A stretch of DNA of 48,167 nt, from the IMG/VR virus record IMGVR_UViG_2721755721_000005; one strand, 5' to 3'. The translations under genes were made by a program, and so were the position numbers. Below are positions 8,322-17,088 of the stretch, in pieces; the first letter of the stretch is position 1; every line of letters starts with the position of its first letter. The notes under the pieces were generated by a model. That model had not been told where the DNA came from and searched no databases. It saw only the letters and a program-made list of their open reading frames with translations. The DNA comes from a virus (taxonomy: Duplodnaviria > Heunggongvirae > Uroviricota > Caudoviricetes).

Positions 8322-9029
8322 TTAGGCAGCAGTCGCTTGCTCACTTCTGCTATCACCAAACATAGTCTGTGCTGCCATGTCAACATCTCCAGATACTGAA
8401 TTCTCGTATCTTCTAATAGCTTCATCTGGCGTTTCGGTAAAGGTTTTTTCAGCAAAAATAATATCTTGTAGTTCGCATATCTTTATTTTCAACTTTCTTA
8501 GGGTGTCACTATCGTTTTTTCCTGTGATCCTCACACAAGCATTAATACGATTAATTATTATTTCTTGGAATATGTTTTTCTTTTCCTCAATTATTCTTCT
8601 AAAAAGAACTATTGTTTTTTCTTTTCCTATAATATCCTCTTCAAGAGGCGCTTTTGCTTTCTCTATATCTTTCTTTGACGCAAACTCATTAAATGCAAAA
8701 GTGGTTATGTAACCTATTATTATAGGAAGGAATGAATAGGAAGTTGGTACTTTTGTTGTTAGGTAGGTTGATATGGCTCCTATGACTATTAATACTGTTC
8801 TTTTATACCAAGGTACAGAGATTATGAATTCGAAAAAACGTGTTATCGCCACATGCATCTTTTGCAAAAGGCAAAGGATTAAAACTACTATAACAACGAT
8901 AATAAGTATCGCAGCAAAACTTGAAGCGACCTCAGTTACTGATGAATTACTATTTTTTTCAGCAGTATAGCTACTTACAGTAGATGGCGTATTGATTTCT
9001 AATTGTTTGTTTTCAATCTCGGTGCCCAC
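8322..9029 (-). CDS. Uncharacterised membrane protein (gene B of a two-gene accessory operon): three predicted TM helices plus a ~110-aa charged C-terminal domain
   Basis: 235-aa ORF with a GTG start 10 nt after the gene A stop. Hydrophobic segments AAILIIVVIVVLILCLL, TVLIVIGAISTYL and FLPIIIGYITTFAF. Strongly AT-rich by eye. Confidence 0.6.
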   Translation of the reverse strand: MGTEIENKQLEINTPSTVSSYTAEKNSNSSVTEVASSFAAILIIVVIVVLILCLLQKMHVAITRFFEFIISVPWYKRTVLIVIGAISTYLTTKVPTSYSFLPIIIGYITTFAFNEFASKKDIEKAKAPLEEDIIGKEKTIVLFRRIIEEKKNIFQEIIINRINACVRITGKNDSDTLRKLKIKICELQDIIFAEKTFTETPDEAIRRYENSVSGDVDMAAQTMFGDSRSEQATAA

Positions 9030-9038
9030 GCTAATCCC

Positions 9039-9509
9039 TTAATCTTTGGCCATTCCTAATTTTTCAAATAATGTCGGTGCTCCAGCTAAAATTGCGGCTA
9101 GCATTCTTAACGAATCACCAGATAAGTTGAGCATCTTTTCATCAACAGCAATCTCTTCTACTGTGAAAACAATCAATGGTGTTTGTTCTTCTTCAATTAT
9201 TGTCGATTTTATTCCTATTGATTTTCTATTAAAATTATTAGCAATGGACAGTAGCGATTGTTTATCTTTGCCTATTTTCATGGCGTTGGTGTTAAAAGAG
9301 TTCATCAGTCTCATTACTATTATTCTAGATGCTACTCTCTTCTCAAGTATTAAATTGACTTCATTGAATTTAAATGCAACCAATTCAAATCCTTCTTCTC
9401 TCTCTAATTCTTTTATATTATTAAACTCACTTATGCTAGATATAATATCTATAAGGCTTTGATTATTTCTCTTTTGTGTTTCGGTTTTTTTCCTTCTTCC
9501 AGAAGACAT
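9039..9509 (-). CDS. Uncharacterised soluble protein (gene A of the two-gene accessory operon)
   Basis: 156-aa ORF with AAGGA SD about 8 nt upstream of the ATG; basic N-terminus (MSSGRRKKTETQKR); no recognisable motif; AT-rich. Confidence 0.6.
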   Translation of the reverse strand: MSSGRRKKTETQKRNNQSLIDIISSISEFNNIKELEREEGFELVAFKFNEVNLILEKRVASRIIVMRLMNSFNTNAMKIGKDKQSLLSIANNFNRKSIGIKSTIIEEEQTPLIVFTVEEIAVDEKMLNLSGDSLRMLAAILAGAPTLFEKLGMAKD

Positions 9510-9560
9510 CTTTTTTCCTTAATGAATTTATGTGTGGTGATAGTATCCAGCTCTAGATAA

Positions 9561-9590
9561 GAAAAAACACCGCTACCAATGGTGTTTTTT
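9561..9590. terminator. Perfect palindromic hairpin flanked by an A-run and a T-run (bidirectional terminator-like)
   Basis: AAAAAACACC-gctaccaat-GGTGTTTTTT, about 50 bp upstream of the gene A start codon. Confidence 0.4.
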
Positions 9591-10537
9591 CAAGGTTCTT
9601 AGAGCTACCAACTTTTTGAACCGTGGTAACTGGCTTTAACGGAGCGCAGTAACCAAAACTGTCTTTTCAGTGTATCTGTAGTTAGGCCGACACTTCAAGA
9701 ATTCTTTGTACTTTCGTGCGTTTACTCGCTCCATAAAACCAGTTACCAATGGTTACCACCATTGGCGATTTATCGTGCCTGTCAAGATTGGGATCAAGAG
9801 AACAGTTACCTAAATTGCTGTGGTAGTCGGGTGGATCGGGGAGTTCGTGCATATAGCCAAGCTTGGATCGCACCACCTTTAAGGAAACCCGTTGTACGGA
9901 AAGGAATGGGAAAACGCGACCTTACGGCGGTCTGCGACGGGTAAACCTCATGGTGGGAACAGGGCACCGCTTTGCTGAGATGCAGGATAGGGCAGACCCC
10001 CGCAAAATGTCGTCATTTGCGGTGTCTGCCCCGAAAACAGAATATTTTTTCCTGAGCCTGCAGCTGGCTCTAAAAACCGCTATCGCCTCACAAAGCTCGC
10101 TGCTTAACGCCTCACGTTCACCCACTAAACAGCGCACCTGTTAACCGTGAATCACGTACAGATTTATCAATATACTTCGCACGTTTACTGCCGGAAATCC
10201 TCCCTTAATTCCCGCATTTGCCCGAAACCGCCCGCCATTCACCCGCGTGCGCAGGCATTCAGATGCGCAGAAATTAGCATGGGTGTTTTTTCACAATACG
10301 GACGGGGAATAGTGCCGGAAACGGGCCGGACGCGCAAAGATCGCGCTGAGTGGGTGCGGCCAGGTCTTGTTGAGTTTAATGTAATAGTAAATCCAGTCTT
10401 TATGAGTGAAACGTCCACTTCTCGCTCATGGCGGCACTTTAGTGGGCCTGTAAAGTGGATGTTGCCAATCAACGATGAGCAAGGCATTCTAATTGCTTGA
10501 GGTGTTTTCGTATAAAATTTAAACAAAAGGAGCAATT

Positions 10538-11887
10538 ATGTCGAGTCTGAGAGATATGGAAGAGCTTATTGGTGATATCGTGGATGTTGAGCTTAAAGAA
10601 TACATGCGAGAAGCACTAATTTGCTATATGACTGGTGCTCATCGAGCATGCGTAGTGCTTTCGTTCATTGCCATCTTCGAGGACTTATTCAAAAAGTTAG
10701 ACGGGATGGCCACTACGAATAGAGTTGCTAAAGCGATCTTTACAGAAATATCCAAGAAAAGAGATGAACAAAAAGTTTACGAAAATGATTTGCTTAATAA
10801 ATTGAAATCTGAAAAAATAATTACAGAGATTGATGCTGACTTTCTCACTGTGTTAAGAACTCTCAGAAATAAAGCTGCACATCCTTCAGGCCATAAACCG
10901 ACAGCTGAAGAAGCTCGATATGTGTATTCAGAAACTATAAATAGATTTCTTTCAAAGCCAGTTCTTTCAACAACTCAAGTTGCCGACCAAATCCTATCTA
11001 AGCTTACCAATTCATACTTATTCCCAACATCTAATATTCAGGACCATGCTATCGTAGTAAATGAGGGTGTTAAAAATCTTCATCATGATGGTTACTCATA
11101 CCTCCTGAAAAAACTCATAGAGTCATTAGACAATGCCAATGAACAAATAAAACTTAATGCAAAAAGATATCTTTTAGGCCTATCTTTTAAACCACTAAAT
11201 AACGATGTTCTTGAGCAAATAAAAAAGCATTTCTTAGTTGAGTGCAGTTCGGATGAAAGTAAAAGACAATGTTTAATGGAATGTATTTCAACCAATGGTA
11301 ATTTGCTAAAAGGTATGGAGGATATTGTTTACTTAAGATTAAATAAAATGTTTGAGGATACAATTTCAACTACAAAATCCTCCGATCAGCATACCTATTT
11401 AAGGCACCCTGTACAGATTGCAATTAGTGTTCTTGGGTTGGAAAGAGAAATTATTGATAGATGCTTTAGATCTAGCATTGATGATGTTCTTGAAAAATAT
11501 AAACTTAGCCCAGTGCTGATGAAGAATATAAAAGGGCATGAGTGGGCTAGACAGAAAGTCATCCAATCAATTTTTGGGCAGGCCGGATCTACAACTTTCT
11601 CTGAAGCTAACACTTTTGCTCAGAGTGTAAATTCATACGATGGTGACATCTCCAGTTTGATGGACAACATAAATTGCTTCGAACTCATTGTTCATATCTG
11701 TGCTGCAGGCAATTGGGGTTCATTTGGAGCTGAAGGTATGATGAAAGGAAAATTCAATAATATCCCTAAAATTAAAGAAAAGGCTGTTAAAGCTCTGCAG
11801 GATAATATCTCTAATTGCCAAGAAATAATTGCAAGAATAAATCCAGCTCTATGTGAAGCAAAGGATTTTGAAGAAAGATATCTTTGA
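10538..11887 (+). CDS. HEPN-domain protein (Rx4H motif, DUF4145/Apea-like) with a ~300-aa uncharacterised C-terminal region
   Basis: 449-aa ORF with AAAGGAG SD. Motif LRTLRNKAAHP (nt 10864-10881), i.e. R-x4-H, in a predicted helical N-terminal domain. AT-rich; divergent from the two-gene operon. Confidence 0.7.
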   Translation: MSSLRDMEELIGDIVDVELKEYMREALICYMTGAHRACVVLSFIAIFEDLFKKLDGMATTNRVAKAIFTEISKKRDEQKVYENDLLNKLKSEKIITEIDADFLTVLRTLRNKAAHPSGHKPTAEEARYVYSETINRFLSKPVLSTTQVADQILSKLTNSYLFPTSNIQDHAIVVNEGVKNLHHDGYSYLLKKLIESLDNANEQIKLNAKRYLLGLSFKPLNNDVLEQIKKHFLVECSSDESKRQCLMECISTNGNLLKGMEDIVYLRLNKMFEDTISTTKSSDQHTYLRHPVQIAISVLGLEREIIDRCFRSSIDDVLEKYKLSPVLMKNIKGHEWARQKVIQSIFGQAGSTTFSEANTFAQSVNSYDGDISSLMDNINCFELIVHICAAGNWGSFGAEGMMKGKFNNIPKIKEKAVKALQDNISNCQEIIARINPALCEAKDFEERYL

Positions 11888-11906
11888 TATTCGTTTTAAA
11901 AATAAC

Positions 11907-11929
11907 AGAGGGAATCAATGACTCCCTCT
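11907..11929 (+). terminator. Weak hairpin terminator after the HEPN gene
   Basis: AGAGGGA-atcaatgac-TCCCTCT followed by TTTAT. Confidence 0.35.
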
Positions 11930-12520
11930 TTATAGGAGTTATTGGGTGGGTTAATATAACGTTTATTCACCATCAATCAACCGCAACCTTAATGGTGTTA
12001 TTTTCAACCGCGAACTTCCGCTTCTCGCTCAAAGCGGACTAAAATGTTGGCTTGCGCCGGACTTTGCGTATTTAAATAAGTGCTGGTGGTGACTGGTTGC
12101 TGTGTTCTATTTCTACAGAACAAAATTACAGAAACTATACCCAATAGTTGTATTGAATCACTGACGAGACAGCCTCATATTTATCAGGACAGGTGTACGT
12201 TCTATACAGGAGGTTGCCGTGCTGGTTCTCAAATGTGCGCTGGCTATTGTGGCTGTAATGGCGATTTATTGTCTTGCCATTATTCTTATGGATCGCCTTT
12301 CTGACTGATTTCATATTGGCGAGGTAACGGGAGTTAAGTAGAATGGCTGCGGGTGCTTGAGGCTGTCTGCCTCGGGCATGAACACCAACGGCAGATAGAG
12401 AAAAGCCCCAGTTAACATTACACGTCCTGCAAGACGCTTAACATTAATCTGAGGCCACATCTATACTTTGCATACGTAGATTAGCCTCTTACCGACCAAA
12501 AGGTCAAAGAGAAGCGGGCT

Positions 12521-12676
12521 ATGAAGCAGCAAAAGGCGATGTTAATCGCCCTGATCGTCATCTGTTTAACCGTCATAGTGACGGCGCTGGTAACGAGGAA
12601 AGACCTCTGCGAGGTACGAATCCGAACCGGCCAGACGGAGGTCGCTGTCTTCACAGCTTACGAACCTGAGGAGTAA
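12521..12676 (+). CDS. hokD: Hok/Gef-family type I toxin (HokD/RelF-type), 51 aa
   Basis: Not in the ORF track (under 60 aa). Translation MKQQKAMLIALIVICLTVIVTALVTRKDLCEVRIRTGQTEVAVFTAYEPEE has the Hok pattern: one TM helix plus the conserved RK.LCE.R...EVA.F.AYE periplasmic tail. Confidence 0.85.
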   Translation: MKQQKAMLIALIVICLTVIVTALVTRKDLCEVRIRTGQTEVAVFTAYEPEE

Positions 12677-12745
12677 GAGACCAGGCGGGGGAGAAATCCC
12701 TCGCCATCTCTGATGAGTCAGGCATCCTCAATGCACCCACACTTA

Positions 12746-12770
12746 ACCCGCTTCGGCGGGTTTTTGTTTT
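12746..12770 (+). terminator. Rho-independent terminator downstream of hok
   Basis: ACCCGC-ttcg-GCGGGT followed by TTTTTGTTTTTATTTT. Confidence 0.6.
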
Positions 12771-12892
12771 TATTTTCAACGCGTTTGAAGTTCTGGACGG
12801 TGCCGGAATAGAATCAAAAATACTTAAGTAGCGCGCAGGGATAAGAGGGATGGTCCCTTAAAGGGGAGAGCTAATTATCCGGAAGGATTCTG

Positions 12893-13144
12893 ATGATGAA
12901 CATCGAAGAACTGCGTAAAATTTTTTGTGAAGATGGCCTCTATGCTGTGTGCGTTGAAAATGGAAATCTTGTTAGTCATTACCGCATTATGTGTTTGCGA
13001 AAGAATGGGGCTGCGTTAATTAATTTTGTGGATAGTCGAGTGACAGACGGATTTATCTTGCGCGAAGGTGAGTTTGTCACTTCATTACAGGCACTGAAAG
13101 AGATCGGAATAAAAGCAGGCTTTTCAGCTTTTGCAGAAGAATAA
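12893..13144 (+). CDS. Small hypothetical protein (Rem-like position, 83 aa)
   Basis: 83-aa ORF between hok and the DUF968 gene, the position of rem in Qin; identity is by position and length only. Confidence 0.45.
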   Translation: MMNIEELRKIFCEDGLYAVCVENGNLVSHYRIMCLRKNGAALINFVDSRVTDGFILREGEFVTSLQALKEIGIKAGFSAFAEE

Positions 13145-13210
13145 ACTCATCTACAATCTTGCGCGGGGCTGAACTCCCGCTGAGTAACACCGTGCCACCG
13201 GAGAAAACCG

Positions 13211-13489
13211 ATGGCACGCAACGTAAAATATTACAATTCTGAGAATTCGCCCGTTCTTGCCTGCACGCACGAGCGGTATTCTCACGCATTCAAGTCTGAA
13301 TGGTTCCAGCATCCTCCATGCACTGAAGAGCAGGCTGAATGGATAATTCAGTGTTACCGCAGGCGCGGATACGAGGTTAAGAAAGCCCTTAGCCTTGACT
13401 ACCGTCACTGGATAATCTCAGTCAGACTCCCTTACTCCGAACGCCCACCGCGCCCATCCCGCACATTCCAGCAACGGATCTGGAGGTAA
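13211..13489 (+). CDS. Hypothetical protein
   Basis: 92-aa ORF ending 1 nt before the DUF968 gene start. Confidence 0.3.
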   Translation: MARNVKYYNSENSPVLACTHERYSHAFKSEWFQHPPCTEEQAEWIIQCYRRRGYEVKKALSLDYRHWIISVRLPYSERPPRPSRTFQQRIWR

Positions 13490-13490
13490 C

Positions 13491-14546
13491 GTGCGGGTAT
13501 TACTTCGACCTGCTCTGGTACCAGAACTTGGGCTGGTGGTCCTTAAACCAGGGCGTGAATCCATGCAGGTATTTCATAATCCTCGAGTGTTGGTGGAGCC
13601 GGAACCGAAAAGCATGTGTAATCTGCCGTCCGGGGTCGTTCCTGCCGTTCGCCAGCCGCTGGTGGAAGACAAAACATTGCTGCCGTTTTTCAGTAACGCA
13701 CGGGTGATTTGTGCTGCTGGTGGTGCTGGTGCATTGTCTGACTGGCTGTTGCGCCATATTAAATCCTGCCAGTGGCCACACGGCGATTATCATCACAGCG
13801 AAACCGTCATTCACCGTTATGGTACCGGCGCAATGGTGTTGTGCTGGCACTGCGACAACCAGCTGCGTGACCAGACATCCGAATCACTCGAGCAACTTGC
13901 TCATCAAAACCTGTCAGCATGGATGATTGACGTCATCGGTCACGCAATAAGCGGTACGCAGGAGCGTGAATTATCTCTGGCTGAATTATCCTGGTGGGCG
14001 GTCTGCAATCAGGTGGCGGACGCGCTACCGGAAGCGGTATTACGTCGTTCGCTGGGGTTGCGTGCGGAAAAAATCCGCTCAATGTACCGTGAAAGCGACA
14101 TCGTGCCGGGAGAGCAGACCGCCACCAGCATACTGAAGCAGCGCACAAAAAATCTTGCGCCGCTGCCTCACGCCCACCAGCAAAACCCGCCACAGGAAAA
14201 GACGGTGGTCAGCATTGCCGTTGATCCGGAGTCACCGGCTCAGTATCTCCAGCGCCAGAAACCACAACGGGAAGAGATGCCTGTATACACGCGCTGGGTA
14301 AAAACGCAGAAATGCATGACGTGCGGTAATCAGGCAGATGATCCGCATCACATCATTGGTCATGGACTGGGAGGGATGGGAACAAAGGCTGATGATTTGT
14401 TTGTTATTCCGCTGTGCCGTAAATGTCATAACGAACTGCACGCCGGGGTAAAAGATTTTGAAGAAAAACACGGCAGCCAGCTGTTGTTGCTGATTCGTTT
14501 TTTAATGCACGCGAGAAATTCGGGTGTCCTGAAGTGGAAAGCATGA
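13491..14546 (+). CDS. DUF968 (YdfU-like) protein with C-terminal HNH-type zinc-finger nuclease motif
   Basis: GTG start preceded by GGAGG; C-terminus CMTCGNQADDPHHIIGHGLGGMG...CRKCHNELH; precedes rusA and Q as ydfU does in Qin. Confidence 0.7.
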   Translation: MRVLLRPALVPELGLVVLKPGRESMQVFHNPRVLVEPEPKSMCNLPSGVVPAVRQPLVEDKTLLPFFSNARVICAAGGAGALSDWLLRHIKSCQWPHGDYHHSETVIHRYGTGAMVLCWHCDNQLRDQTSESLEQLAHQNLSAWMIDVIGHAISGTQERELSLAELSWWAVCNQVADALPEAVLRRSLGLRAEKIRSMYRESDIVPGEQTATSILKQRTKNLAPLPHAHQQNPPQEKTVVSIAVDPESPAQYLQRQKPQREEMPVYTRWVKTQKCMTCGNQADDPHHIIGHGLGGMGTKADDLFVIPLCRKCHNELHAGVKDFEEKHGSQLLLLIRFLMHARNSGVLKWKA

Positions 14547-14927
14547 ATGACTGAACGCATAGAATTTGTTTTGCCTTACCCGCCGACGGTGAATACCTAC
14601 TGGCGACGTCATGGCAATACGTATTTCATCTCGGAAGCCGGAAAGCGTTATCGCCGTGATGTGGCGCTAATTGTTCGCCAGCAGTGGCTGAAATTAAACC
14701 TGTCCGGAAGGCTGGCGATAAAGATTATTGCAGAGCCACCGGATAAGCGCCGTCGTGATCTGGACAATATCCTGAAAGCACCGCTAGATGCGCTGACGCA
14801 TGCCGGACTACTCATAGACGACGAGCAGTTTGATGAAATCAATATTGTGCGCGGTCAGCTCGTTTCTGGTGGGCGACTGGGCGTGAAGATTTACGAAATA
14901 ATGCATGATGGGCAGGTCCAAAAATGA
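14547..14927 (+). CDS. rusA: Holliday-junction resolvase RusA
   Basis: 126 aa; motifs YPPTVNTYWR and RRRDLDN...DAL..AG...DD match the RusA family. Confidence 0.85.
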   Translation: MTERIEFVLPYPPTVNTYWRRHGNTYFISEAGKRYRRDVALIVRQQWLKLNLSGRLAIKIIAEPPDKRRRDLDNILKAPLDALTHAGLLIDDEQFDEINIVRGQLVSGGRLGVKIYEIMHDGQVQK

Positions 14928-15745
14928 AACTGGAAGATTTACCGAAATACTATTCCCCAAAATCGCCAGGCCTGACTGATGCATCCGTCTCGACGTCAAA
15001 AGATGCGCTGAGCATCACTGATGTGATGGCTGCGCAGGGTATGACACAAAACCGGGCTGAGATGGGATTTTCTGCGTTCCTGGGGAAAATGGGCATTAGT
15101 ATGAATGACAGGGCGCGGGCAACAGAATTACTGGCAGATTATGCACTCAGTCGTTGCGATCGCGTGGCGGCGTTGAGAAAACTTCCGGCAGAAATAAAAC
15201 CGGCAGTGATGCGCATTATGGCTTCGTACGCTTTTGAGGATTATGCCCGCAGTGCAGCGAGTAAAAAACAGTGCCCTTGTTGCGGTGGGAAAAAATTTAT
15301 TGAAAGCGTAGTTTTTACAAACAAGGTCCAGCATCCGGATGGCAAGCCGCCAGTATGGGCAAAGTGTACAAAAGGCGTGTATCCGTCTTACTGGGAAGAA
15401 TGGAAAAAAGTCCGGGAAGTGGTAAAAGTTGCCTGTCCTGAATGCGGGGGAAAGGGTGAGGTCTCCACCGCCTGTAAGGATTGCCGTGGGCGTGGTGTCG
15501 CCATTCATCGTGAAGAGTCGGTAAAACGTGGTATGCCTGTTATCAGAGACTGCCAGCGTTGTGGTGGTCGTGGCTATGAAAGATTGCCGTCAACAGAGGC
15601 GTTTAATGCCATATGCAAAGTGACGAGCGCTATCACTCTTGATACATGGAAAAAATCAGTGAAGCGCTTTTACGATACGTTGGTGATTCGGTTTGACATT
15701 GAAGAGGCATGGGCGGAGCGGCAGTTAAAGAGGGTAACGCGATAG
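14924..15745 (+). CDS. Late antiterminator Q (zinc-finger Q family)
   Basis: 273 aa with multiple CxxC pairs (CPCCGG, CPECGG, CKDCRG, CQRCGG); immediately upstream of the late promoter/terminator and the lysis cassette. Confidence 0.8.
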   Translation: MKLEDLPKYYSPKSPGLTDASVSTSKDALSITDVMAAQGMTQNRAEMGFSAFLGKMGISMNDRARATELLADYALSRCDRVAALRKLPAEIKPAVMRIMASYAFEDYARSAASKKQCPCCGGKKFIESVVFTNKVQHPDGKPPVWAKCTKGVYPSYWEEWKKVREVVKVACPECGGKGEVSTACKDCRGRGVAIHREESVKRGMPVIRDCQRCGGRGYERLPSTEAFNAICKVTSAITLDTWKKSVKRFYDTLVIRFDIEEAWAERQLKRVTR

Positions 15746-15750
15746 TGTTG

Positions 15751-15778
15751 TTGATTTTTCCCGAATCTGTGGTAGATT
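15751..15778 (+). promoter_or_regulatory. Late promoter pR'-like (TTGATT-N16-TAGATT with TG extension)
   Basis: Located 6 bp after the Q stop; canonical position of pR' and the Q-utilisation site. Confidence 0.5.
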
Positions 15779-15826
15779 CGCCTTAACGATGGGCGTTTTA
15801 TGCCTGACGTTAGAGGCATTTTTACA

Positions 15827-15850
15827 ACCCGCCGCCGAGCGGGTTTTTTT
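15827..15850 (+). terminator. tR'-like intrinsic terminator
   Basis: ACCCGC-cgccga-GCGGGT followed by TTTTTTT; a second small hairpin (TGCCT...AGGCA-TTTTT) lies at about 15801-15820. Confidence 0.6.
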
Positions 15851-16180
15851 ATCTGCACAACAGGTAAGAGCACTGAACCCGCAGACCTCGCGGAATTGGT
15901 GAAAGGTGCCGCGCAGTGCTCTTTCCGTTGTGGTGAATGCGCAGGCTGATGCGCGAAAGACATTGCAGCTATTGCGGAAAAGAGCTGTCCGGCGGGGCAA
16001 TTAAACGCCCGTGAGAGTCTGAAATAACCGCAAGCCGGGGATCAGTACCGGCCACCACGATCTCAAATGAGCTGTAGTAACTGGCTGTCATGAATTAATC
16101 AGTGACAGTTATGCCGCGGCCTTCTTTTTTCCCTTCCCGATATAAGAATTACGCCATCCGTTCCGTGCGGAGGTGAGGCT

Positions 16181-16396
16181 ATGAAATCCATGGATAAAAT
16201 TTCAACGGGCATTGCCTACGGCACCTCCGCAGGCAGTGCTGGCTACTGGTTTTTACAGTGGCTTGATCAGGTCAGTCCGTCACAGTGGGCTGCGATTGGT
16301 GTACTGGGGAGTCTGGTTCTGGGCTTCCTGACTTATCTGACAAATCTGTACTTCAAAATCAGAGAAGACAAGCGTAAGGCTGCACGGGGAGAGTAA
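16181..16396 (+). CDS. Phage-21-type class II holin (pinholin S21-like)
   Basis: 71 aa, [63 protein letters not shown], with dual-start MK..M arrangement and two TM segments. Confidence 0.85.
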   Translation: MKSMDKISTGIAYGTSAGSAGYWFLQWLDQVSPSQWAAIGVLGSLVLGFLTYLTNLYFKIREDKRKAARGE

Positions 16397-16400
16397 TTCA

Positions 16401-16745
16401 ATGACTCAAAACTATGAACTGATTGTGAAAGGGATCCGCAATTTTGAGAATAAAGTTACGGTAACTTTAGCGTTACGGGACAAAAAACGCTTTGACGGTG
16501 AAATTTTTGACCTGGACATCTCGCTGGACCGTGTTGAAGGTGCCGCGCTGGAGTTTTATGAGGCAGCAGCCAGAAGGAGCATCAGACAGGTCTTCCTGGA
16601 AGTTGCTGCCGGGTTATGTGAAGGGGATGAGCAGTCGCCGGAAAAGCGCCCCGTAATTTTAGATGCGCAGAATGTGTGGATAACCTACAAAGGAAAGCTA
16701 CCAGGAAGAATTACTGGTTCTCTGAAGACTCCACCGAAATGGTAA
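16401..16745 (+). CDS. YdfR-like (DUF1327) protein inside the lysis cassette
   Basis: 114-aa ORF between holin and endolysin, the position of ydfR in Qin; the C-terminal ~40 aa overlap a convergent minus-strand ORF. Confidence 0.55.
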   Translation: MTQNYELIVKGIRNFENKVTVTLALRDKKRFDGEIFDLDISLDRVEGAALEFYEAAARRSIRQVFLEVAAGLCEGDEQSPEKRPVILDAQNVWITYKGKLPGRITGSLKTPPKW

Positions 16746-16983
16746 TTTTACCAGCATATTTTTCTTCCAGTAATGCTACCAGCCACTTGAAAGAATTTTG
16801 TTGTTCCTGGGACCATTTGGGGTTGCGCGATTCAAGCAGGAGCGATGCCAGTGTTGGTTGCATTTGTTCTCTGGGAATTGATAAGGCCAGATATGAAAAT
16901 GCAACAGTGAGGGCATTTACATCATCCCGAAGCCTGGAAATGCAGTCGAGCAACTCCTGTAGAGAAATGGTGTTATTGTCCAT
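16711..16983 (-). CDS. Hypothetical protein encoded antisense within the lysis cassette
   Basis: 90-aa minus-strand ORF with balanced, non-repetitive composition, convergent with the YdfR-like gene. Confidence 0.35.
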   Translation of the reverse strand: MDNNTISLQELLDCISRLRDDVNALTVAFSYLALSIPREQMQPTLASLLLESRNPKWSQEQQNSFKWLVALLEEKYAGKITISVESSENQ

Positions 16984-17088
16984 AAATAATCCTCTTGATT
17001 GTCTTTACCTTTTCCCAGCCTGATTCAACAGGCCGGGACAGATAAACATATCCAGGGTTCAGAAACCGATAAATCCTGATAAATATCC

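Noticed and set aside
9820-9890. Possible tRNA around GGTGGATCGGGGAGTTCGTGC...CGCACCACC
   Set aside because: The putative acceptor-stem arms are not complementary and no cloverleaf can be drawn by eye; not reported as a tRNA.
9863-10535. ORFs 9863-10144, 10147-10500 (plus strand) and 10239-10535 (minus strand) in the island spacer
   Set aside because: No SD, odd composition (Arg/Cys/Pro-rich), mutually overlapping; the region is treated as non-coding or structured RNA instead.
12080-12304. 74-aa Cys-rich ORF upstream of hok, considered as relE/relB or mok
   Set aside because: Sequence shows no RelB or RelE pattern, and the frame and position do not match a mok overlap with hok; likely non-coding leader.
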